NCBI GenBank assembly: GCA_040768125.1
Contig: JAXGNG010000001.1
Span: 118,460-182,459 of the forward strand
DNA length: 64,000 bases
Reading direction: 5' to 3'
DNA from: Spirochaetota bacterium
GTDB taxonomy: Bacteria; Spirochaetota; UBA4802; UBA5550
Numbering within the stretch: position 1 is the stretch's first letter; every line of letters starts with the position of its first letter. The notes beneath the pieces are model-generated. The model did no database searches. It had not been told where the DNA came from and saw nothing but the letters and a program-made list of their open reading frames with translations. The translations under genes and the position numbers were made by a program. Of the stretch, positions 21,551-31,361 are shown one piece after another.

Positions 21551-22480
21551 TCAATTGGAGGGCTTTTTTTTATACTGATAAAGATAGTCTATGGCCGTTT
21601 CCGTTTCACCTTTTAAAAGATGACAGAGGCTTAGGGCTATAAGGTTGTCAGCATTGCTGTGGATATTGACCTGGAGCGAGGCGATTTTTTCTTCCATGGT
21701 GCCATAGCGATCGGAATATATTTCAACCGGAACGGATTTAATGTATTCTTCGAAGTACCTGTAACCGTCGGATCGCGCAGCGACTTCCTTCGTAATTTTT
21801 GCGGATTCGTCAATTCGGCCCATCTTTAGAAGTATGTCGGATTTCAGTTCCCTCAGCGTGAGGGTCTCTTTGTCGAGGGTAAGAATGCGATCCAGAAGCG
21901 CAAGGGAGCGATCATAACGGGATGAGTTGTAATAGATGATGGCGAGTGCGGTAAGGGCCACCCGATTTTCAGGTACATGTTGCAGTACCTTTCGAAAACT
22001 CTCTTCTGCACTTTCGAGATCATTGCGCCTGCTGTGACAAAGACCAGAAACAAGGAGTGAAAGGTAAAATCTTTCATTTATCTCAAGGGATTTCGAAAGA
22101 TGATCAAGGGCCTGTGAATAGTTGCCCATCTTGTAATAAATACAACCCATATTGAAATGCGTAATGTAATCGCGGCCAAGCGTCAGGGCGGCACGGTAAC
22201 ACTGCATAGCCTCATGTAGCTTGTTTAATCTGGAATAGAGTGATCCGAGATTAAGGTAGGCGTTCCGGTAGTCTGGATCATTGCGAAGGAGCTCCATGTA
22301 CGCTTTCATGGCTCCATCAAAGTCAGATTGCTTTTCAAGCTGTAATGCTTCGTTGAATCGTTGATTCGATGAACGTGCGGCCATGATTGTGTCCTTTATG
22401 GAGTGGTTCCTCATCATTTCCAAGAATACGACACTCGTAGTAGTTATTGTAGATAAATAATCAATGGGTGGCAATAACAA
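21551..22480 (-). CDS. tetratricopeptide (TPR) repeat protein
   Basis: At least six 34-aa TPR units are visible (for example AYLNLGSLYSRLNKLHEAMQCYRAAL, THFNMGCIYYKMGNYSQALDHLSKSL). The true start is probably an internal Met at 22417 or 22384. Confidence 0.7.
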   Translation of the reverse strand: MLLPPIDYLSTITTTSVVFLEMMRNHSIKDTIMAARSSNQRFNEALQLEKQSDFDGAMKAYMELLRNDPDYRNAYLNLGSLYSRLNKLHEAMQCYRAALTLGRDYITHFNMGCIYYKMGNYSQALDHLSKSLEINERFYLSLLVSGLCHSRRNDLESAEESFRKVLQHVPENRVALTALAIIYYNSSRYDRSLALLDRILTLDKETLTLRELKSDILLKMGRIDESAKITKEVAARSDGYRYFEEYIKSVPVEIYSDRYGTMEEKIASLQVNIHSNADNLIALSLCHLLKGETETAIDYLYQYKKKPSN

Positions 22481-22712
22481 TTTAGTAATTAAAAAGAGGA
22501 TTTGCTGGATACTGTTCTAGGACGTGTAATCCGGACTGATTTCCTTCCCGTGCATGTCATCATCGATTACCGGGGCCTCTTGGAAACATTAAACGGGATG
22601 AATTGGTTCTCCATTAAATCTAACGGAAAAAAATATACCGGATTATCGCGAAGTGATTATCTTGACAAAGAGACTATGATACTAAATATGTGATCTTCTA
22701 TGCCAATCAGCC

Positions 22713-23147
22713 ATGGTAGATATTAAAATTAGGACATTTGCGGGAGCCGCTATCCCGATCTATAAGAGCGCGGGTGCCTCCGGCGCCGATGTGAGCGCTC
22801 GAGTAGATGAATCGATTATTTTAAAACCCGGGGAAACGGCCCTGGTCCCCACCGGAATTGCCATTGAACTTCCTGAGGGATATGAGGCCCAGATTCGTCC
22901 ACGAAGCGGCTTGGCCATTAAGCACGGTATTACCCTGCTCAATACTCCTGGGACCATTGACTCGGATTATAGAGGTGAAATCAAGGTCATCATGACGAAC
23001 CTTGGTAGCGCGGAATTCGTAATTACCGATGGCATGCGTATCGCACAGATGGTATTTTCAAGAACACTGCGGGGGAATTTCATTATTGTTGATGAGCTTG
23101 GAGAAACGGATAGAAACGAAGGCGGTTTCGGGCATTCAGGAGTATAA
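22713..23147 (+). CDS. dut: dUTP diphosphatase
   Basis: The five dUTPase motifs are recognisable: [25 protein letters not shown], and C-terminal [10 protein letters not shown]. 144 aa. Confidence 0.9.
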   Translation: MVDIKIRTFAGAAIPIYKSAGASGADVSARVDESIILKPGETALVPTGIAIELPEGYEAQIRPRSGLAIKHGITLLNTPGTIDSDYRGEIKVIMTNLGSAEFVITDGMRIAQMVFSRTLRGNFIIVDELGETDRNEGGFGHSGV

Positions 23148-23154
23148 TGGATAG

Positions 23155-24807
23155 ATGAAAAGCGAAAAGAAGATAAAAATTATTCCTCTAGGTGGACTCG
23201 AGGGAATTGGAAAAAATATCACACTGTTTGAATATGGCAATGAGATCCTCATTGTGGACTGTGGAATCATGTTCCCGACGGAGGAGATGCCAGGTGTCGA
23301 TTATATCATTCCGGATTTCAGTTATATTCGTGATAACAGGTCCAAAGTAAAGGCGATACTGGTAACCCACGGGCATGAGGACCATATTGGAGCGATACCT
23401 TACCTGTTAAAGGAGATCCATGCACCGATTTATGCGACGAAACTCACGATCGGGTTAATTCAGAGCAGACTTGCAGAAATTCCATCTCCTAATAAACCGG
23501 AATTCGTAGAGATCAAGCCACGGGACAAGAAAAAAATCGGATCTTTCATGGTGGAATTCATCAAGGTGAATCACTCCATCATCGGGGGTGTGGGACTCGC
23601 ACTGCAGAATGATCTTGGTACCATAATTCATACGGGAGATTTTAAAATTGATTTTTCACCTGTTGATGGCGATGTTACGGATCTTTATCGATTCGCGCAC
23701 TATGGCGAAACGGGCGTGCTGTTACTTATGTCTGATAGCACGAATGCAAATCGTGATGGATTCACAAAGTCTGAATCGGTTCTGGTGGAAAGGCTGAACG
23801 ATATTTTTTCAGGGGCACGTGGAAGGATTATCGTAGCCACCTTCGCCTCAAACATACACCGAATTCAACAGGTCATGGACGCTGCACAGAGGTTCAACCG
23901 GAAGGTGGTTATCTCCGGGATGAGCATGCAGAAGAACGTGGAGATCGCTTCTTCGCTGGGTTTTTTGAAGTTCCGTGAAGAACTTGTCGTCGATGTGGCG
24001 AAGGCCGGTTCTTATCCTGATAAAAAACTCGTCATTGTAGGGACAGGAAGCCAGGGTGAACCGATGTCGGCACTCTATCGCATGGCGTACGGTACCCACC
24101 GCCACTTCGCGGCTCATAAGGGAGATACGGTTGTAATCACTGCTTCGGTAATTCCTGGTAACGAAAGAATGGTGTCGAAAGTGGTCAACTCCCTAATGCG
24201 AATGGGTGCCGAGGTCTATTATGACCAGGACGATGAAATTCATGTTTCCGGCCACGGTTCCGCAAAGGAATTGAAGCTGATGCTGGCGGCGACAAAACCC
24301 AAATTTTTCATGCCCATTCATGGAGAATTCCGGCATCTCAAGGCACACGCGGAAGTTGCTGAAGAACTAAATATTAAGCCCTCAAACATTCTAATCGCAC
24401 AAAATGGTGACATACTTGAACTTTCATCGAAGAGCTTCAAAAAGACCGGAAGTCTTGAATTATCTCATATCTACGTGGATGGCAAAGAGATCGGGAACAT
24501 CGAATCCAATGTGATCAGGGAAAGACATGCCATGTCTTCGGACGGAATCATTATCATTTCCCTGGTAATCGCCGAAGGGATGCTCATGGCCGCTCCCGGG
24601 GTATCATCCCGCGGTTTTATCGGCTCGAAAGAAGAAAAGATGCATCAGCTTGTCAGGAATGAGGCGAATGAACGGGTGAAAAAACTACTGATCGAAAAAC
24701 GATCAATACAGGAAATTGAAGCAGCCATTGTTAAGTCGATGAAAAAAATAGTGTTCAAGCAAACAAAGCGAAATCCCCTCATTGTAGTTGAAATGATGGA
24801 GGTTTGA
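23155..24807 (+). CDS. rnj: ribonuclease J (metallo-beta-lactamase / beta-CASP)
   Basis: HxHxDH motif THGHEDHIG, beta-CASP motifs, and the C-terminal RNase J domain. 550 aa. Confidence 0.9.
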   Translation: MKSEKKIKIIPLGGLEGIGKNITLFEYGNEILIVDCGIMFPTEEMPGVDYIIPDFSYIRDNRSKVKAILVTHGHEDHIGAIPYLLKEIHAPIYATKLTIGLIQSRLAEIPSPNKPEFVEIKPRDKKKIGSFMVEFIKVNHSIIGGVGLALQNDLGTIIHTGDFKIDFSPVDGDVTDLYRFAHYGETGVLLLMSDSTNANRDGFTKSESVLVERLNDIFSGARGRIIVATFASNIHRIQQVMDAAQRFNRKVVISGMSMQKNVEIASSLGFLKFREELVVDVAKAGSYPDKKLVIVGTGSQGEPMSALYRMAYGTHRHFAAHKGDTVVITASVIPGNERMVSKVVNSLMRMGAEVYYDQDDEIHVSGHGSAKELKLMLAATKPKFFMPIHGEFRHLKAHAEVAEELNIKPSNILIAQNGDILELSSKSFKKTGSLELSHIYVDGKEIGNIESNVIRERHAMSSDGIIIISLVIAEGMLMAAPGVSSRGFIGSKEEKMHQLVRNEANERVKKLLIEKRSIQEIEAAIVKSMKKIVFKQTKRNPLIVVEMMEV

Positions 24808-25655
24808 GCATGTTGCCGAACCACCTGTTGATTTTGGTGATTCTTGGGGTAATTCAGGGTATTGCTGAATTCATTCCAATTTCTTCATCAGGACACCTGG
24901 TACTGGCAGGTCAAATAACGTGTTTTAAAAAAGGGCTCGATGATATCGGGGCAGAGAGCTTTCTCCTCATTAATGTTGCCCTTCATATTGCCACTCTTGT
25001 TTCTGTCATACTGTATATGCGCGATGATATTCTGATGCTGATAAAAGGTTTTTTTTCCGGTTTGAGACGAGGGGACATCAAAAAAAAGGAGGTACAGATA
25101 GGAATCAGGGTGCTCGTTGCGAGCATACCTGCAGGCTGCATAGGATTCGTGCTCCACGATGCCCTGGAGGGTTTCTTTTCTTCACTCTACGCCGTATTGA
25201 TCCTTCTTATTATAAATGGCATTATACTTGTCAGTACTAAAATTATTCCCACAAATGACCGATTATTAGAAGAGATAGGTATCGTCAGAACGCTGGTGGT
25301 CGGTTTTTGCCAGGCAGTCGCGATTTTGCCCGGAATCTCCCGTTCTGGAATAACTATAGCGGGAGGAATGCTGATGGGACTTACTCCGATGGAATCAGCC
25401 CGTTTTTCGTTTTTAATGGCTATACCTGTTATTCTCGGCGCGGGACTGAATGAGGGAATACGAGCGGTACACAATGCTTTTCCGGCGGAGATGGCACCGG
25501 CCCTGGGGATGGCGATGGCAGTCACCATGGGAATCGGGCTGCTGTCTTTGAAGATCCTTTTCGCACTGGTGAAAAAAATTCGTATCCATATTTTCGGGTA
25601 CTATACCATCGCCCTTGGATTGGCCGGATTGACAGCCCTCACACTCATGCGGTAG
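24804..25655 (+). CDS. uppP: undecaprenyl-diphosphatase UppP/BacA
   Basis: N-terminus GVIQGIAEFIPISSSGHL and the GISRSG motif. Polytopic membrane protein, 283 aa. 4-nt overlap with rnj. Confidence 0.9.
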   Translation: MSMLPNHLLILVILGVIQGIAEFIPISSSGHLVLAGQITCFKKGLDDIGAESFLLINVALHIATLVSVILYMRDDILMLIKGFFSGLRRGDIKKKEVQIGIRVLVASIPAGCIGFVLHDALEGFFSSLYAVLILLIINGIILVSTKIIPTNDRLLEEIGIVRTLVVGFCQAVAILPGISRSGITIAGGMLMGLTPMESARFSFLMAIPVILGAGLNEGIRAVHNAFPAEMAPALGMAMAVTMGIGLLSLKILFALVKKIRIHIFGYYTIALGLAGLTALTLMR

Positions 25656-25701
25656 ACACGCGCTGTTTCTAACGGAGACAGAGGGCTCCTGGAGGAATAG
25701 G

Positions 25702-28185
25702 GTGATGACACGCAAGTATCAGGCGATTCTCGGGGCAGGACTGGCGGGTATTGCCATCCTAATATTCTGTTCTGTATTCGGTTATCACTCCTCTGATTAC
25801 GCATCACTCTTAAGTGACTCACCCGTGAAACATGTCCTGGGCAGCCTGGGAGCATGGATCGGGCATATCGTACGCACGGCATTGGGCAATGCCTCCTATT
25901 GCGCGGCCATCGCGCTGGCCCTTCCGGGGATATCCCTCATGATGCCAGAAGGCATGAGGAACAGCGGATTAAAAACAGCTCTTGTTTTCCTGTTCTCGGT
26001 CATCAGTTCCTCTCTCTTCACGATATTGGCAGAAGGCCCAGTCCAGACTCGCGGTGGATATATAGGGATGTACATGAGTCAAGGTATTGAGTCGATGGCG
26101 GGACCGGGGCCGGGGTATGTCATACAGGTGTCGCTTGTATTGTGCACCGCGGTCATTGCAAGTGTTGTTTGGCTTGCGCCTAGAAGGGAGAGGCATTTTT
26201 CAAACCGTATCGTAGCAGGAATTCGTGAAGTGTTTTCACGCAATCACGTTCCAGACGAAACAGAGGAATTGCCCCTTCTGCGGATTGGCATTAACGAATC
26301 GAAACGCGCGAAAAGGCAACCATGGGTCACAAAGAAAAGAATGGTGGTCTATGAAACGGAAAAGATCGACGATGAACAATACGCAATGCTTTCGTCAGAC
26401 TACTTGGGATCTGTCCCGGAGAGAAAAGTGGGCTTATTGACCGAAGTACATTCGGAAGAGAATAATGCAACGACCATTGACGAGAACATGGCGGGACCAA
26501 ATTGTGCCGATGAAGGGGAGCTTGTACTTCACGAAGGAGAATATTATGTCGAGGGTGGATACGAAGAAGAAGCACGGGGCGACGAGGACGTCAGCGATGT
26601 CTGTGAATCAGGAGATGAAGATGAATATACTCCTGGACTGACGGAGCAAGTTGATTCTCCCTTACACTGCGAGCATACTGAATCGACGATGAAAGAAATC
26701 CCTGTCAGTGGCAGCGAGAATGAAGGCGAGAGAAAAACAGAGGAGGAGTTCAGGGGTAATATTCACGAAAAAGTTTTTGAAGACATACCGATCAATGAAG
26801 AATATATAATCCCGACGACGTATCTTTCATTGTCGAAACCTCATGATACGGAGAGCTGGAAAAAGGAGATCAGACGCAACAGCGAACTTTTAAAAAACAC
26901 CCTTGCCGATTTTGGGATTGACGCAGACGTGGTGAACGTCAACAGGGGCCCCGTGATCACTCTTTACGAGATGCAGATCGCACCGGGAATCAAGGTGAAC
27001 CGCGTCGCGAGTCTTGCGGATGACATCGCAATGGCCCTTGCAGCCCAGCGGGTGAGAATCGTAGCGCCGATTCCGGGAAAGTCGGCTATCGGCATCGAGA
27101 TTCCCAATCGCTACAGGGAGGCGGTAACTCTCGGGGATATCATTAAATCCGAGGAATTCAAAGCGTTCCAGGGGAGCCTCGCCGTTGCCCTGGGTAAGGA
27201 TATCCTGGGGAATCCGGTAATGCTCGATCTGAAGAGACAGCCCCATCTGTTGATAGCAGGCGCAACCGGCGCGGGTAAGTCGGTATGCGTCAATTCGATA
27301 ATAACAAGTTTGATCTATAACTATGAGCCCAATTATCTTCGCTTCATACTAATTGACCCAAAAATGGTTGAACTGCAGCTCTATAACGGATTGCCGCACC
27401 TTCTGACGCCCGTTATCGTTGATCCCCAGACCGCTCCAATGGTATTGAAATGGGCCATGCATGAGATGCAACGCAGATACTGTCTTCTCTCCGATATGAA
27501 TACGCGTGATATTGAGCGGTACAACGAAAAGATTGGAAGAGGGAATAAAGGTATCGAGCGGATGCCGTATATTGTCATCATCATCGACGAAATGGCTGAT
27601 CTGATGATGACGTCAAAAGAGGTGGAGGGATATATCACCCGGATAGCCCAGAAGGCAAGGGCGGTGGGGATCCATCTCGTCGTGGCCACGCAGCGCCCAT
27701 CAGTGGATATCATTACAGGGATCATCAAGGCGAATTTCCCTGCTCGAATAGCATTTCAGGTGGCGCAGAAAAATGATTCGCGCACCATTATTGACCAGAA
27801 CGGTGCGGAGAAACTTCTTGGAAGGGGCGATATGCTTTACCAGCCGCCAACAGGTTCATATCCTATCCGCGTTCAGGGAGGCTTCATATCAGAAGAGGAA
27901 ATCGAAACAATAACTGGCCATCTTCGTTCACTTGCCAGACCCTCGTACATCGATATTGAGGAAAGCCTCAGGGAAGAGGAGTCAAAAGACCTCGAGGAAT
28001 CGACCGATGAATTGTTCCTTGAGGCCATCAAGATAGTGGAGGAAACAAAAAAAGCTTCAGCGTCATATCTGCAGAGAAGACTCTCTATCGGCTATAACCG
28101 CGCGGCCCGGATAATAGAGCAGATGGAAGATATGGGATATATCGGGCCCCAGATTGGCAGCAAACCAAGGGAGGTGTTGATATAG
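25702..28185 (+). CDS. ftsK: DNA translocase FtsK/SpoIIIE
   Basis: N-terminal TM segments and an acidic low-complexity linker. The motor domain has Walker A GATGAGKS and Walker B IIIDEMAD. The C-terminal gamma winged-helix domain (LFLEAIKIVEE...ASASYLQRRLSIGYNRAARIIEQME) is present. 827 aa. Confidence 0.9.
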   Translation: MMTRKYQAILGAGLAGIAILIFCSVFGYHSSDYASLLSDSPVKHVLGSLGAWIGHIVRTALGNASYCAAIALALPGISLMMPEGMRNSGLKTALVFLFSVISSSLFTILAEGPVQTRGGYIGMYMSQGIESMAGPGPGYVIQVSLVLCTAVIASVVWLAPRRERHFSNRIVAGIREVFSRNHVPDETEELPLLRIGINESKRAKRQPWVTKKRMVVYETEKIDDEQYAMLSSDYLGSVPERKVGLLTEVHSEENNATTIDENMAGPNCADEGELVLHEGEYYVEGGYEEEARGDEDVSDVCESGDEDEYTPGLTEQVDSPLHCEHTESTMKEIPVSGSENEGERKTEEEFRGNIHEKVFEDIPINEEYIIPTTYLSLSKPHDTESWKKEIRRNSELLKNTLADFGIDADVVNVNRGPVITLYEMQIAPGIKVNRVASLADDIAMALAAQRVRIVAPIPGKSAIGIEIPNRYREAVTLGDIIKSEEFKAFQGSLAVALGKDILGNPVMLDLKRQPHLLIAGATGAGKSVCVNSIITSLIYNYEPNYLRFILIDPKMVELQLYNGLPHLLTPVIVDPQTAPMVLKWAMHEMQRRYCLLSDMNTRDIERYNEKIGRGNKGIERMPYIVIIIDEMADLMMTSKEVEGYITRIAQKARAVGIHLVVATQRPSVDIITGIIKANFPARIAFQVAQKNDSRTIIDQNGAEKLLGRGDMLYQPPTGSYPIRVQGGFISEEEIETITGHLRSLARPSYIDIEESLREEESKDLEESTDELFLEAIKIVEETKKASASYLQRRLSIGYNRAARIIEQMEDMGYIGPQIGSKPREVLI

Positions 28186-28220
28186 CACTTTTCTGAAAAA
28201 CTCCATCTCGAAAAATGACG

Positions 28221-28266
28221 ATACATACATGTATCGCTCGCAGTTTGCTGTTATTCAGCAAACTGC
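28221..28266. terminator. two adjacent hairpins between convergent ftsK and the methyltransferase gene (candidate bidirectional terminator)
   Basis: GATACAT-AC-ATGTATC at 28221-28236. GCAGTTTGCTG-TTATT-CAGCAAACTGC at 28240-28266, an 11-bp perfect stem. On the minus strand the first hairpin is followed by GTCATTTTTCG. Confidence 0.4.
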
Positions 28267-29108
28267 TAATAACTGATATGTCGTTTAACCGCGTATACCT
28301 CGAGAGTGTCAGAAAAGCAGACCAAGCGTGAGATTGCCGAGTATAAAGATGAAAATGGCCTGAAAAACAGCGAGTTGCGTGAAACCACGCGTTCTGGATG
28401 TATGCCGCCGGGGGCCATTTCCAGGATTTTGAATCCGTATTGTTCTAGGATCCTTCGTATTCCCCAGGGAGTAACGTCAATACGGTGGTCGGAAGGATGG
28501 GATGCGATCCACTCCTCGCGCTTAAAGCGGAACGTGGGGCCAAAAATGGATGGCACAGAAAATGCAAAAATCCCCCCGTCCTTCAGTATACGATGAACCT
28601 TCCTGATAATTGCTATTGTATCCTCGCAGTGTTCGATGAAATACCACGCGGTAATAATGTCATACTGTTCCTCAAAGGACATGTCCATGAAATCTCCCTG
28701 CACCATGTTGATGCCGAGGTTTTCTTCGGCGTACCTGCACGCATAGGAAGAGATTTCCACGCCGGTAACCCGTCCAATACCATGATCACGCGCACATTTG
28801 AGAAAGAAACCCGCCGCGGCACCCGCGTCAAGGATGGAAAGTGACGAAAGTCTGAGCTCGGGAGGGATGTTGCAAAGAATTTTACCGAGCCTCTGGCCGG
28901 AAAGAGCATAGATATTCTGAAAATCTTCTATGTAGGTTACGCCGTAATGGGCCCTGTATTCATCAAGAAAGTAGTCGTCATTATACTCATCGGGGGTGAA
29001 TTGGGTATTAAAAGCCATACCGCAGTGCCGGCACAGCTTGAGAGGACCGTTAATAGTTATGAAGGCATCCGTTGCGCATAACGGACATTGCGAAGATCCC
29101 GACGTCAT
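28266..29108 (-). CDS. class I SAM-dependent methyltransferase with an N-terminal zinc ribbon
   Basis: CPLC...CRHCG zinc ribbon. Motif I ILDAGAAAGFF, post-I VTGVEIS, and motif II/III region ILKDGGIFAF. 280 aa. Confidence 0.7.
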   Translation of the reverse strand: MTSGSSQCPLCATDAFITINGPLKLCRHCGMAFNTQFTPDEYNDDYFLDEYRAHYGVTYIEDFQNIYALSGQRLGKILCNIPPELRLSSLSILDAGAAAGFFLKCARDHGIGRVTGVEISSYACRYAEENLGINMVQGDFMDMSFEEQYDIITAWYFIEHCEDTIAIIRKVHRILKDGGIFAFSVPSIFGPTFRFKREEWIASHPSDHRIDVTPWGIRRILEQYGFKILEMAPGGIHPERVVSRNSLFFRPFSSLYSAISRLVCFSDTLEVYAVKRHISY

Positions 29109-29135
29109 GCTGTCTGACGCGACCGAATCCTGAAT

Positions 29136-29624
29136 TTATTCTTTCTTTTTCTTTTTTGCCGGCTCCACCACCACGTTTATTCCCTTGATTTTTGCATTTT
29201 CAAAGGAATGCAGTACCAACTCGGCGTATTGTTCGGGAACCTCAAAAAAAGAGTAGGTGGCGTGAATGTCGATTTTACCTATTGTCTTACCGTCCAGGCC
29301 GGATTTTTTTACCACCTCCCGTATGAGGTCACCGGTTGAAACATTGTGGTTTTTACCGATGTTGATAAAAAGTCGGGCACGGCCGTTTTTAATATCCTCA
29401 AATACGACCTGCCCGGTATCAGCCTGACGGTAGATTTTTTCTGAAGGCATTTCGAATCCCGACAGGTCGCCAAGGTATTCCTTCAGGGTGGCGGCGGCGA
29501 TTATTTTTGCCCCGTTGAAAAGTGGGAGTTCTTTTTTAAGGCGCTTCACAAGCTGTTCATATTCATCAAGGTTTTCGGTATACGCGACTTCAATAATTCG
29601 GCGTAATTTTTTTAAGCGATTCAT
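29136..29624 (-). CDS. stand-alone DbpA-type RNA-binding domain protein
   Basis: The C-terminal RLFINIGKNHNVSTGDLIREVVKKSGLDGKTIGKIDIHATYSFFEVPEQYAELVLHSFENAKIKGINVVV matches the DbpA RNA-binding domain (PF03880) of DEAD-box helicases. No helicase core is present. Lys-rich tail. 162 aa. Confidence 0.5.
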   Translation of the reverse strand: MNRLKKLRRIIEVAYTENLDEYEQLVKRLKKELPLFNGAKIIAAATLKEYLGDLSGFEMPSEKIYRQADTGQVVFEDIKNGRARLFINIGKNHNVSTGDLIREVVKKSGLDGKTIGKIDIHATYSFFEVPEQYAELVLHSFENAKIKGINVVVEPAKKKKKE

Positions 29625-29737
29625 ACATATCCTCGTGGTGGTTCAGTGGAACAGTGATAACTGTTCCGGCATAAGATTGCGTACCGTACAAGTTAAAAAG
29701 TGCGCAAAAAATAGCAAGTCATTTTCTCAACAAGGTA

Positions 29738-30394
29738 CTACCGGGACAGCTTACAGCGATAGCCGACATTGCGAACGGTTTCGATAATCGAATTGAATTC
29801 ATCACCGAGCTTTCCTCTCAATCGACGGATGTGCACATCCACCGTCCGTGTTCCACCGATATATTCCACCCCCCAGATTGTCCCAAGGAGGTCTTTGCGG
29901 GAAAAAACCTCTCCCCGGTTTTGAATCAGGAGGCGAAGGAGCTCGAATTCCTTGTAGGTGAGGTCGAGCTTTTCATCATCGAGATACACGCTGTACTGTT
30001 TAAAGTCTATCCTGAGGCGACCGATTGTAATACCCTCATCATCACCGCCGCTGTCCATGAATATTCTCTGAACTCGAAAGATCAACTCGTCGGCGGAAAA
30101 CGGATTTACAATAAAGTCATTAAAAAACCACTCGGCATTCAGATCACCAAGCGACATCTCGTTTATGATGAGGAGTACCGGCTTTTGGTGAATCTTCTTA
30201 CGAATCTTTGAGAGGAGGAACTGGATGGTATCTGTTGATGTGAAGATGGCGTAATCGATAATGAGGAGTGATATGTCCTCGCGCCGGATCGAGTCAATTG
30301 AGCGAAAATGCAGTATGCCTCGACGGGGAAAGCACCTGCCGGCTATATCGATGATCTCCTGACTCTCGGTCACTATTGCGATAGCGTCATTCAT
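29738..30394 (-). CDS. OmpR-family winged-helix regulator with an atypical (partly degenerate) receiver domain
   Basis: The C-terminal Trans_reg_C domain (YKEFELLRLLIQNRGEVFSRKDLLGTIWG...TVDVHIRRLRGKL) is clear. The N-terminal receiver-like fold keeps a candidate acceptor Asp (LLIIDY). It lacks the N-terminal acidic pair and the conserved Lys (NPF instead of KPF). Confidence 0.65.
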   Translation of the reverse strand: MNDAIAIVTESQEIIDIAGRCFPRRGILHFRSIDSIRREDISLLIIDYAIFTSTDTIQFLLSKIRKKIHQKPVLLIINEMSLGDLNAEWFFNDFIVNPFSADELIFRVQRIFMDSGGDDEGITIGRLRIDFKQYSVYLDDEKLDLTYKEFELLRLLIQNRGEVFSRKDLLGTIWGVEYIGGTRTVDVHIRRLRGKLGDEFNSIIETVRNVGYRCKLSR

Positions 30395-30767
30395 GATATT
30401 TTTGCCTAATTATGCAGGGTAAGGGATATTTTTCAACAGTTTTATCTGCCCGGATTAAGGAAGGGTGTTAAATGTTGCGAAGGCTATCGAGGACGTGCCG
30501 AATTAGGAAGGCGGGTAATTGTTACCCGGTTTGTTTCTTCAGACATTGTTCTGCGAGAACATTTCGACCGTGTTTGGACAGGCATGACACCCATTCCCGA
30601 ATACGGGGTCAGGTGTGGCCTTCGAACGCGCATGGGATGTTCCCACCAACCCGTGCACTGCGCACAACTGCATGGCAAGCCTCATGTGGCAGTCCAGAGG
30701 CCATTGATTGTATCAACGATCTGATATGGTCGCAAAAAATCAAATACTACGTGTTATGTGTTTCAGA

Positions 30768-30793
30768 CATGTTACATGTTACAGCCATGTTAC
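30768..30793. promoter_or_regulatory. three copies of CATGTTAC (two in direct tandem as CATGTTACATGTTAC, the third after a 3-nt spacer) in the glnB upstream region
   Basis: Read directly at 30768-30775, 30775-30782 and 30786-30793, about 200 bp upstream of the glnB start. Candidate operator for a nitrogen regulator. Confidence 0.3.
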
Positions 30794-30984
30794 GAATGGA
30801 TTAACGGAATGTAAACTTGCGTGTTTTGACATAGCAGAATCCGCTGGAACTATTGACAGTTGGAAATCATTCGTTACGTTTGTTGAAAATCACAACCGAG
30901 TTGGTAATGAGCGGTTGTAACGATGGGCACTGATGTAATTCATCCAACATGATAGTTTAAACTGGGAACAGTGAGGAGGTTTGC

Positions 30985-31326
30985 ATGAAAATGATTATCG
31001 CCATCATTCGGCCAGAAAAGCTGACAGATGTTAAGAAAGAACTGAATGAGGCAAGCGTCAATTTGATGACCGTGGTGCAGTCTATCGGGGCTGGCAGGCA
31101 AAAGGGGTACCCGGAAACGTACCGGGGAGTAAAGCATGAGATCAAGCTGCTCAAGAAGGTGGAACTGCAGATCGTGGTGAATGACGATTATGTAGAACCG
31201 ACCATCAAGGCAATCGTCCGTGGCGCGAAAACGGGCAGTATCGGCGATGGGAAGATATTTGTTATGCCAATAGAGGAATGTATCCGCATCAGGACAGGGG
31301 AGCGCGGCTCCAGGGCCGTGGGATAA
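30985..31326 (+). CDS. glnB: nitrogen regulatory protein P-II
   Basis: 112 aa. [11 protein letters not shown]-loop [16 protein letters not shown] with the Tyr51 equivalent present, and [11 protein letters not shown]. Confidence 0.9.
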   Translation: MKMIIAIIRPEKLTDVKKELNEASVNLMTVVQSIGAGRQKGYPETYRGVKHEIKLLKKVELQIVVNDDYVEPTIKAIVRGAKTGSIGDGKIFVMPIEECIRIRTGERGSRAVG

Positions 31327-31361
31327 TCGATATGATAGCACGAATGTGGAGGAGATGACTG

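Noticed and set aside
22502-22693. 63-aa TTG-start ORF upstream of dut
   Set aside because: Non-canonical start, no recognisable motif, and it sits in a divergent promoter region. It could be a leader peptide, but the evidence is insufficient.
30472-30920. ORFs 30472-30804 (+), 30484-30678 (-) and 30708-30920 (+) in the glnB upstream gap
   Set aside because: They are Cys/Arg-rich low-complexity translations with no RBS or motifs. The region is better explained as a structured non-coding leader.
30880-30984. Search for a sigma-54 (TGGCAC-N5-TTGCA) promoter in front of glnB
   Set aside because: The closest candidates (TGGTAATGAGCGGTTGT, TGGGCACTGATGTAATT) lack the -12 GC element. A sigma-70-like TTGACA at 30853-30858 is more plausible.
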